Origin: Lama guanicoe
Taxonomy: Eukaryota
Length of the DNA stretch: 64,000 nt
Direction of reading: 5' to 3'
Assembly (NCBI GenBank): GCA_013239625.1
Contig: MU053588.1
Span: forward strand, 583,988 to 647,987
Positions within the stretch are counted from its first letter, which is position 1, and each line of letters opens with the position of its first letter. The notes below the pieces were generated by a model. The model made no database searches and was not told the origin of the DNA. It saw only the letters and a program-made list of their open reading frames with translations. The position numbers and the translations under genes were made by a program. This document shows positions 46,791 through 64,000 of this stretch, one piece after another.

Positions 46791-46819
46791 TTTTACGCCC
46801 TTCCCCAGCCACACAGCTA

Positions 46820-48400
46820 GAACGTGGCCGGGCCAGAGAGTCAGACACCAGGCATGCCCTTGGCTACTATGCCATTGTCACGGGATCTGCAGGGAAGTGC
46901 ATGTGAGGCTCTGGCCTTTATGACAGAGGCCGTGCGTCAGTGGCCCGCGTGCGCAGCCGCCCCTTTGTGGTTATAAAGGGTCCCCTTGCGCCCTGCACGA
47001 TGCCAGTGCCCGAGCCCCACCAGGCCGGATGAAGACACAAAGCAAAGCCTTTTATAAAAACACCAGTTGTGGGAAACAGAGAGTACCCAAACATTTCTCT
47101 TGCTTCTCTCCGCACCACCCCTCACAGACACCAGGCGGGCGGCGCAGCCACTGGAAAGCGAACCTGAGAGAGTGTGTCTGGGCCGCCTTGGCCCCCTCCC
47201 TCCTCTTTCTGTATTCGGCCGTAGAAGACCTGAGGAATCCGACGTGTGGAGAAGGTTGGTCGGAAGGAGCGACGCGCGTCAGAGGGGAAGCAATCGCTCC
47301 CTGCCGCGCCAGCCCGGCCCTCGGAGAGGGCCTCACTCCCGCCTTGCTGGGGCTGGGAAGCGCCACCGCCGCGTTTTGGCGGGAAAGAACGGGAGACCCA
47401 CCGACTACGCGTGCGTGCGGGTGTGGGGGCGGAGCTAGGACGCGCGCGGAGACCCGCGGGCTGCGGGCGCCAGGCGACGACTCAAGGACACTGCCCTACC
47501 CCACACCCGGCTTCGCTCACCAGAAGCCCCGCGAGGTTCGCATCGCCTCCATCCGCTAGACGGCTGCCTTCCTTGGCCTTCCTTGATCTCTCACGCTCTC
47601 TCCTGCCTTCTTTCTCCACGGGTCTCGCGGCTCTCCCGTTCTCCAGTTCGGAGACACCAGAAGGGAGGGACGGGGAGAGCGACGTGAAAAGATGGCTAGT
47701 AATATCGGATCTTCCTCAGGGCAAGAGAATTCCCGCCCCACCCCCAACCCCGGCAGGGGGCTCGGAACGACACGCTACGAGGGCAAGTGGACTAGGACTC
47801 CCAGTTTGGGCGGCGGAGGCGGGACTACATGTCCCAGCGTCCACGCAGCGCTCCCTAGGCCAGACCTTTCTCCATCTCCTGCAGACGTGACGGCTAGAGG
47901 ATTGGATTTTACAGTGGGCAGCACTGCTCTGCATTGGGGAAACTGCAGTTTTCCAGTATCATGCCTCCCAAGTTCGTAAGTCCGGCTTTCTCTCCAGTCT
48001 AGCCTGTTTCCCAGAGTCCTCAGGCCGTAGCAGAGAAGGGAGGGATCAGGGAACTGAAGCGCCCAGTAAACCTCTCCTTGGGGTCTTCAATTCGCAGGAT
48101 GCTCGCGGGGAAGCTTCCTGGGCTTCACCTCCTCATCAGGCCAAACCGCTTCCTCGGTGTTGCCTGCGACTGGTAGATAGCGGTGGTGGCAGTATTGGGG
48201 AGTGGAAAGGAACTATAGCCCCTAACATGCGCGATGTTGGGGGACTTTAATTCCCAGTGTGCTTCGTAGCTCCCTGTGTTTCGTCTCTTTCACCTCCTCA
48301 GGAACTGTGAGGAGAAAAGGTGCAGGTAGCAGGTGGATCACAGCTCTCAGGAGATCCTGGGGAGAGAGGGAGCTTTCCTAGCAGGCGCCGCGCTGCCCAT
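46820..48400. promoter_or_regulatory. CpG island / promoter with GC boxes, YY1-like AAGATGGC and ZNF143/SBS-type motifs
   Basis: Abrupt GC- and CpG-rich stretch in AT-rich background; ACTACATGTCCCAGCGTCC (47824), ACTGCAGTTTCCCCAATGC (minus, 47931-47949), ACTTTAATTCCCAGTGTGC (48244), GGGGCGGAG (~47426). Confidence 0.85.
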
Positions 48401-48539
48401 AAGTAACCTAACTGAGTTTGGGCCCGAACCTCAAATCATTCTTAATGCTTCCCAGCAAACACTGTTTTCTGTTTTTCTAAGTTCATTCACTGTCATACAC
48501 AGCTTTTCAAACCTTACAACACATATGTTCATAGTCTTT

Positions 48540-49890
48540 CCCTCAAATAGTGACCCTGCTTCTCAGTTCGCTGAGAAAACTGAAGCTATCAAAAGAGCAT
48601 CCTCACAGACTAGCCCACATATCTACCTACCTACATATATGCCTATATATGTATACCGCTTTTGCTCTCATCCGTCAACTTAAACCAACTGTATTCTTAT
48701 CTAAACCTACTCCCTCCACTTGGGCACTAGATCTCACCTTCTTTTGTCTATCAAGTTCTCGACTCCAACAATTCCCTCACCTTGAAAACAAACACACTCA
48801 CACAGCTCTTCTTTATTTTCCCTTTCCCATCAGCTACTGGCCCATTTCTAGCAAAACTCCTAGAAAATATTATCTATATTTCCTGCTTCCAAATTCTTTT
48901 TTCTTGTTCTCTCTTGAAAGCAGTCTAATCAGACTTTTGCACCCATCACTCTACCAAAACTACTCTGGTCAAGGTTACTAATAATCTTCATGCTAAATCC
49001 AGTGGTTGACTTTCAATTCTTATTCCCCTTCACTTATTAGCATGTGACACAACCGATCACTCCCTCTTCCTTGGTACACTTTCTTTACTTAATTTCTATG
49101 ACACTATACTTTTTTTTTTTTTGATTTTCCTTCTACCCATTAGTGCTCCTCAGTTCTTTTGCTGACCTCTCCCTGACCTCTTAATGTTAGAACTCCTCAG
49201 GCTACAATCCTTGTTCCTGTACCTTATCCCCACCCACTCTTTTGGTCATTTTGTCCAATCTTTTGGCTTTAATTATCATCTATATATCAGTGATTGCCAA
49301 ATTTATAACCCCAGTACAAACCTGTCTCCTGAACTCTAGAGACATATATCCAATTGCCTAACAGACATCTTCTCTTAAATGTCTGATAGGCACCTCAATC
49401 TGAATTTATCCAAAACTGAGCTCATAAACTCCTAATCTTCCTCCTAGTACCAACTCCCTTGTTAATCTTCCCCAGCTAACTTGATGCTGTCTCCAGCCTT
49501 CCACCTGGTCAAGCCAAAAACCTTGGAGTCATCTTTGACTCCTTCTTTCTCTCACATTCACATCCAGTATATCAGCAAATCCCTATGGCTCTGCCTCCAA
49601 ACAGATCCAGATTTGTCCAATACTCCTCACTTCTACTGCTTTCTTCCTGGTTCAAACCCACTGTCCTCTTTCCTCTGAATTATTGTAGTAACCTCCTCAT
49701 TCATCTCCCTGCTTTCATTCCTGCTCCCAATATCTGACTCCCTTACCACAGTCTATTCTCCACACAGCCATCAGGATGCTTTTTGAATATGTAAATTAGA
49801 TTTTATTACTTCTCTGCTCAGAACCCTCCTATGGTTTCCATCTCATGCAGAGTAGAAGCCAAAGGCCTTAAAATGGTCCCAAAGCCATTA
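48540..49890 (+). mobile_element. L2 LINE, degenerate
   Basis: L2 sense text (ctctcctgaactctagagacatatatccaattgcc...gacatct...ccaaaactgagctc; ccaaaaaccttggagtcatctttgactcc). Confidence 0.8.
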
Positions 49891-52439
49891 TAAGATATAA
49901 GGAAAATGTATATGGTAACCTAAAACTGAGAGAGAGTACCCAAAGAAGAACAAACTTCGAAGGATGCTCTCTCCAAGGCTGGGGTTTCGACCTCATTTGA
50001 GAAGATACAGTTCAGGCCACTGGATAGCAAAAATGTTGTTGGTTTGCCCAGGCTGGAGCTGATCTGCAGTCTCTGGGCAAAAAGGAACCAACCCTTCGGG
50101 GTGCAGGTGGGGCACAAATGACCAGCAGCCAGTGGCATGGGTGTGTAGAGGAAACAGAGGCTTGCTGGTAACCCTCTATGCCACAGGCCGTCAGTGCAGG
50201 AGATGGTCCACAGATTGAGGCACCTTTGCAAGTAAGAAGCCTTTGGGGCCCTGGTTTCCAGATCAATGCAGAAAGGTAATTGGAAGGTCAGGCCAAAGCT
50301 GCAATGTCAACAAGAGACTGCATGTTCAGGCACCTGAATGTGGCAGAGCTCTATTGGATGTCCTCATTCCTACACTGCTGACCCACCATGCAGAAGCCAG
50401 AAACAGCAAGAGAGCCCTGTCCTCCTACAGTGTCCCTCCAGACCCCACCACTGAGAAAGCTCAACATTGTGCTCACTGCAAAGGAGAGGTGCTCGAAGCA
50501 ATTCTGTCCATATAGTAAAGTATATATTGAAGAGAGAATTTGGAGCTGAGAGGCAGTAAATTGACAGCAGTGTCTCCCTAACAAGACAAATACTTTAACA
50601 TGCTTTCATATCCCTTAGGACTTCTCCCATCTTTGCTCCCTCCATTCATGTTGATATTGTCTAGAATTTTATTTCTGTATTATGTATGTTCTCTTTATTG
50701 GTCCTTTCTTCCCATTTATCTTACAGCATCTCCAGGATTTTTCTTTTCTTTTTTCAGTCCTTCTTCCAAAACTGTTTTCAAAGTGGGCCTTTTTGTAAGG
50801 CCTTGTGAGCCTGAAGTTATTTTTTGGCTGGATATAAATTTATAGGTTCTTTCCCTTCAGTATTTCACACCACAATCATCTTGGACCCAGGGTTGCTACA
50901 AAGAAATCTGATGTCAATATGAACCTTGTTCTTTTGTAGACAGCCTGACCTTTGGAGTTAGCTTTGATTTTTCCTAAATTTCACTATGCGTCTAGAGTTG
51001 CATTTTTCTTCCATTTTGTACTCTGTAATCCTTTTCAATTAGGGTTCTTTTATCTTTAATTCTTGGAAATTGTCACAATTATTTCTTCAGATGTTTATCT
51101 CCATTTTTTTTTTTGTGCTCCTGAAACTCCTCTTGTCTGGATGTGGGCACTTTTACTTCTATCCTTCACATCTCTTAACCTTTATTTTATATTTTTTCAT
51201 TATCTATTTTTGGCTGCTTCCTGGGAGAGCCCTCAAGCTGCTCTTTAAACGTACTCATTTCTGACCTGTATCTAACCTACTATCTATCTCATCTATTTTG
51301 TTCCTTATTTCATTTGTTACATTTTGAATAAATTTCCACTTGGTACTTAAATTTATAGTATTCTGTGTTTAATATTGCAGATATCTTCCCTGATTTCCTT
51401 TAGAATATTTATTTTGATTATTTAAGATTCTTTGTTCATATAGTTCTGCTTCAGATGGTATATAAATTTTTCCATCATGTTCTTTCTTTTAAAGAATCTG
51501 TGCTCCTCAGGTGTGTGGTTATTTTGGCCTGTGAGCTCATGTTCTCTTAGGGGAATCAGCTACCCTATCTAGAGAAAGTGCTGAGAAAGGGCTGAAAACC
51601 AGGGTATGTTCATTGGCAGTTCTGGTGAGTCTTAGGAAAGGGAAGGAATGAGACCCAGAGTAAAGTGCCACAGGCCCCAAATAACCACTACTGATCACTC
51701 CTATTTGCTGCTGTTGCACTAGGAAACTTCTCTGATCAGAGTTTCACCTTTAAACCCTTAGGGAGAGGCAGCATTGGGGGGCTGAAATTTCTAGATTTTT
51801 TGAGCTATATTTATTTCATTTAATCCTCATAAATTGATTGTCCATCAAAATTCAAGTTTCTCCTAATATAGCATATAACTAAGGCTGGGAAGTGGCTGCC
51901 CAGCCAGGGCTGCTCAACCCCTTGCACTTTGGTGAAGCCATTGATCATTCCTGCCAATGGAATGTCAACAAATGGTAAGTGTTGCTTTGGGGCCAAGTCA
52001 GTGAAGGGACAAATTTACCTTCTTCACCATCTCTTTCCTGCATGCAGAGGACTCCAAGGCCCTAGCAAATGGCAGAACCACAAGATGGAAGAAGCCAGGG
52101 TCTTTGAACCACTGCACGGAAGGGTGCTGCATCTGCTATGTATGCAAATGAAAAATAAGCTTTAATTTTATTAAATCATTGAAATTTTGTTGCTTGTTTG
52201 TAGCTAGATCCAGATCTGCCCAATACTCCTCACTTCTATTGCTTCTTTATCCCTGGTTCAAGCCCACTATCCTCTTTTCTCTGAATTATTGTAGTAGCCT
52301 CCTCATTAATCTCTCTGCTTCCGTTCCCTGATACAGGTAGTGTTATTAATATTCCTCCAAATCCCCCAATAACTGACTTACATTGAGTGTATGTTCTGAA
52401 TCACAAGAGATCACAGGGAATTGTGACTTTTTTGTTACT

Positions 52440-52770
52440 CTGTATTTTTTATTACTTACGAGATGGTCAGTCAGGTACAGCCATGAGAAAAGACAGGAGA
52501 GTTTCAGGAAATCAGCTTATTATACTCACAAGTCCTAGAGACCTAGAGACAGGTGCACCACACAGGATCACATGAGAAAGACACCAGGGTGATTAGGAGG
52601 CAGAAGACAGGAATGACAGGAGAAGCCTTAGGTCATGGCTTCTGTGGGAAGGGCAGGGCAGGGCAGGTGAACAGTTTAGGATAAGTTGGTTTGAATAATT
52701 TCAGCAGGTTTTGGACATAGGGGTGCTCCCTAGTTGCCTAGCGCCTGGCCCTGGGATAATTTAGCGAGAG
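52440..52770. mobile_element. MER54-like ERVL LTR
   Basis: caccagggtgattaggaggcagaag...tttgaataatttcagc...ccctagttgcct..cctggccctggg; family from memory. Confidence 0.55.
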
Positions 52771-53029
52771 GAATATCGCTTCCTATTCTTTTGTTTACTC
52801 TCTCCATTATTACTACCATACCTAGTCTTCAGCTACATCAAAGTCTTCAATTATTGACCTTTCTCCCTATAGATCAGCTTCCTGCTGACTTTATTTCCTT
52901 CTCTATCCAGCCTAGATACCATGAGCATTTATGTTCATTCCTTTGCCAATACCCTTAATCTTCTTTGCCTCTTTTTCCTCACACTTAGCAAAACCTCCCA
53001 CAGTAGATCCAGTCCAGCTGTCCACATTC

Positions 53030-53930
53030 ACCAAGTGTTCCCAGTTGCCCATTTTTTCACCCCTCTGCCTTGGCTTGACCACACTTTAGTCAAGCTTCTC
53101 TCCTGCCCTAATACCTCTGAAATTTAGCTTGACCACAGGTCTGAACAAGCACTAAAATGCAGAACATCCTCTCTTAACAATTCTTCTGAAAATCAGTTAT
53201 TGGCTGATAACAGGGAGAAATATTTCCCGTCAGATGAACCCCAATGATGGTTTCTGCCCACCTCCTCACTTGCCCAGTTTCCCCTTAAAATTTCCTGTTA
53301 ACCTTCCCTTTAAAAGATGAGACACTTTGGTTTTGAGACACTTGCAGAGCCTGAGATTGCAGCATTCTCTATGTTGCAATAGCCTTTTTTGAATAGTCTT
53401 TCCTTACCCAATTCTGAATTTCTTTTTATTTGACAACTTTCACTGCTCTTGCACCCAGGCTTCTAAGTGCTCCTGGAGAATATTGTACATCCACAGAGAC
53501 TGATGCCCTACAAACTCGTCTTTTCTCTTCCCCTGCACACTCCCAGCAAATAACTTTTTACTTTACTCAGAAAAGAGAATGTATTAGGTGGGAGCTCTGA
53601 CAAAGATTCTTTGCTTGACCAAACTTCAGTCAGGCTCCTGAACCTCCTTCTAGGTCCATCTGTGCACTTCCTTGTGAAATCCAGTTTTAGCAAGAACCCT
53701 GCTAAGTCAGTTAAGCAAGAACCCTCATCCTTTGATATCTGATCACCCTTCATACCTAATTGGATTGCTTATCCTCTGCCAGCCCCCAAGTGATGTCTGA
53801 TCACCCTGACCTGTCTTCAGGAAGAGTCCTGTTTGATCAGTTTTGCCAGAATCCCCTCACCCTTAATGCTTCCACTTAGTAATTTTCCATTCACAGACCC
53901 CCTACCCTGCTCCTTGGCTATAGGTCCCTA
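53030..53930 (+). mobile_element. Two ERV1-type LTRs (second MER31-like, 53598-53930, truncated)
   Basis: First ends ...ttttatttgaca (~53435); second starts tgacaaagattctttgcttgaccaaacttcagtcaggctcctgaacc. Confidence 0.6.
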
Positions 53931-53934
53931 TACC

Positions 53935-54170
53935 TATCAAGACAGGTGACTGGATAAAGACGTTGTGGTATACATACATATACACATACACGATGGAATA
54001 CTACTCAGCCATAAAAAAGAATAAATGCCATTTTCAGCAATATGGATGGACCTGAAGATTGTCATTCTAAGTGAAGTGGTCCAGAAAGAGAAAGAAAAAT
54101 GCCATATGACATCATTTATATGAGGAATCTAAAAAATAATAACAATAATAATAAGGGCACAAATGAACTA
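53935..54170 (+). mobile_element. L1 ORF2-tail fragment
   Basis: gactggataaag...atggaatactactcagccataaaaaag...gtcattctaagtgaagt..ccagaaagagaaag. Confidence 0.75.
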
Positions 54171-56336
54171 CTTATTTATAACTAAGATGATTGATTTCTT
54201 GAATATATGTAAGCACCACAGCACATTTGACTGTCCTTTATGATTGGATTATCGCATTCTGTTGATTCTTATTTTGTAGTTGGCTTTATTCCTTTCATAA
54301 CTATGTAAGTTAAAAAAGCTAAAGCTCTAATCTATTCTTAGAAACAATAATTAGTACATATATGTAAACTTAAAAAAAGTACAGTATACTTATATATGTA
54401 TTTACATGCAATATAATGTGTATGTGCAGTCAGTCTGTAATAATTCTACCTAATAAAACTGAAAAAGAAAAAAAAAGGACATTTGAGGTACAACCAGGGA
54501 AATTTGTATTAGAATATTTGATGATATTAAGGAATTATTAAGATGTGAAAATTATGTTAGATATGAAAATTATTATGGAAGAAAATTTTATTTTTTAGAG
54601 ATGAATATCAAAGTATTTAGAGTTGAAATATCATGATATCTGGATTTATTTTAAAATACTTCAACAAAGGAAAGATAGATGAAGCAATTTTTGCAAGATG
54701 TTTACAACTAAATCTAGGTGATGGGGATCTAGGGGGTCATTATAATAATCTCTTCCACTTTTGTGACTGAAAATTTTTGTAATAAAGGGAAAATACAAAC
54801 AAGCCCTGGTCTCTGCTATCCTGACAAAGGCAAAACAATATCCAGGTTGTCACAGCCAGTACCAAGGTTTTGAGGCTCCCTAAGAGCCATTCATAGACTT
54901 CATGACTCTGGGACCACAACAGTTAAGACTATTTTTTGTCACTGTGTTGTTTGTTTGTTTTTTGATCAGAGGATCCACTGATATCCTGCAGAACAAATTT
55001 GATAGGTATTACTATTCTCTTTCTGGATCTTTCAAGGTATTTGTTTATTTCACCTATGTTGTCAAATTTATGGGCATAGAGTTGTGTATAGTAGTCTTTA
55101 TCCATTTAATGTCTGTAGGATCTGTAGTGATGTCTCCTCTTTCATGCCTTGTATTTGCAATTTGTGCACTGTCGTCTTTCTGACACAAGTAAACAGAGGT
55201 CAAAAAGGAGAAATGATTCAGGTCAAGGCTGCAGAGTCAGCTGGGCCATCCTTATTTCTGCTGCCTTGCCTAGCTGTTGCATCAGTCATCCTTTTTGAGG
55301 CTGTCTGTCCCCAGCCTACAGCTTTCATATACTCCATGGGGCCTGATATACATAGTCTGACCTGGAAGAGCCCAACTACACACTCAGGGTTCTCACTGCC
55401 CTTGGCCTTGAAGGTGGTTCCAACTTCTCAAAATGTTCTTTTGCCCTCTATTCCAGGTGGAGGGAGCAGAATAACAAAGGAGAGGTTGGGAGGGAGAGTG
55501 GCAAATGGCATAGATGGGCTACTTGCTAGAATCTGTTGGAAGGCTCAGTTTACCTGGAAAGAGGCAGTTCTGTAGTCTCCATGGTGAGGAGAGGACATCA
55601 GGGAAGGAATACGATTGCTGGCAGCATCAACTTCCTTCATTTTACTACCCCTTTCCCTTTAACTCTTGTCTTGGAGGCTTATTTGAACGTACACCTAATT
55701 TCCCAAATTTGCATTCTATCATCCTTCCCAAACCCCACATCCAGATCTTGGCAAAGGAAGTGAAAGATATAGGCTTCCCTCCTTTTCTTTCTGCTTTACC
55801 CTCAAATGGCCTCATTCCTTAATGCCATCCAGTAATGAGGTCACCAGATGGTACTGGCTAGAACTTACTGAAGCTTTTTCCTGTACTCTGAGGATCTCTT
55901 CAATACCCCACTGTACCCGCTGTTTTGGACTCAAGTCATCAGCATGCAGGGCTACGATCAGGGAAGTAGAGTCTGCCTCCACTGTATACCCTCAAAAACC
56001 AAGAGGGAAATGCTGGGTCTTCTGATTTTAAAATCTGTTTTCTTTCCATTATATCAATGCCTCTTATATTAATGCTAAATATACATCCATTTTTGTGCCA
56101 GTTGTTTTCCTTCCTATGGTCTTTAGGGGAGAATTGATGGGAGGCAAGGAAGCGAGAAGACAAGGACAGACTCTTCTGCCTGAAGGCCTCCAAAGGGTGA
56201 GCACCACTGGCTTTTGGGAAGTTTTCCCACTCTCAGGAGTATGAGAGTATCTGGTCTCCCCAGCTACCTTTCTGGAGAAGCAATGTTTGAGGAAAAGGGA
56301 CACATCACAGTGTTTGATGTAAATGAGAACCTTCTT

Positions 56337-56342
56337 TTTATT
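56337..56342 (-). terminator. WDR87: WDR87 poly(A) signal AATAAA
   Basis: First AATAAA seen on the minus strand, ~150 nt after the TAA stop. Confidence 0.7.
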
Positions 56343-56493
56343 CCACATATAAAAGCTGGTTTCTGGAGCTGGGTAGGGAAAGGCTTTTGGCATAATCCTA
56401 CTTCTGTGTTGGCCCTAAGAATAAAGGTCTAGATTCTGGTGACAAGGCCTTTCCCCAGGTGGGAATGAAAAGTCCTGCTCCTCCAGTCCCAAA

Positions 56494-62079
<5,586 letters not shown>

Positions 62080-62317
62080 CTACCATAAAAGAAGTAGCCA
62101 ACAGAGGGGGCTGAGGCCTTTATAAAAAAAAGCATTCCCCTTGCATTATTCCCAGTGCCTTCCCTCCCCTCATCACCAGCCACCCCACCCCTGCCAAATC
62201 CTAGAGAGGTAGGTCTTGGAGTCTTTCTGAACTTGGGCGGATTCTTCCTAGGAAGGTTCTTTTCTGTGAAAGGATCTTTCCACTTATCTCTGTTCCTACC
62301 TGATACGTCTTGACTCA

Positions 62318-62812
<495 letters not shown>

Positions 62813-63128
62813 CTAGGAAGCTGAGATGGCAGTGAATGGAGTGATCTGTATATGGGGGCTTCAGGGATAGGAGAAAAGGGTGAAAAAAGAGGGCACTTGA
62901 GGAGGAAGGGGACAAACAAGAATAGGAGAAGAAATGGAGAAAGGAGTGAGCAGTCAGGGGATCGTCAGGATAGCCTAAGAATGGAAAAAGACTATGAACA
63001 AGAAAAAAGGACAGGAAAAGTTAATGAACACTGATGAACAGATAATGAAGGAAGGGAGGGGGAAAATGGGGAGGGGGAAGAAGAAAATCAGAAACTGGTA
63101 AAGAACTGAAGAAGGCACAAAGAACTTA

Positions 63129-64000
<872 letters not shown>

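Noticed and set aside
46918..47979. Overlapping ORFs of 60-214 aa in the CpG island
   Set aside because: GC-rich DNA is stop-poor in all frames; no recognisable domain.

Overview
Mammalian genomic DNA, probably camelid (alpaca/camel): it carries a vic-1-like tRNA-derived SINE and young L1 3' ends of one family. The locus corresponds to the KRAB-ZNF cluster next to WDR87. Left: an intact 4-coding-exon KRAB-A/B C2H2 gene on + (398 aa, 10 fingers, ZNF607-like). Middle (23.3-36.8 kb, -): a complete intron-containing paralog of WDR87 (WDR87B/WDR87BP-like). Its first ~540 codons (WD40 region) are open, but the rest has many stops and frameshifts, a 19-bp duplication and a GT>GC donor, and it has an extra copy of a C-terminal module. 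A CpG island with clustered ZNF143-type motifs lies ~10 kb upstream of it (46.8-48.4 kb). Right (56.3-64 kb, -): the last three coding exons of intact WDR87, including a recent ~126-bp coding triplication. The rest is L1, L2, MIR, LTR and MER53 debris, plus several short locally copied segments and one 32-N gap. Gene and repeat names come from remembered sequences, not database searches.
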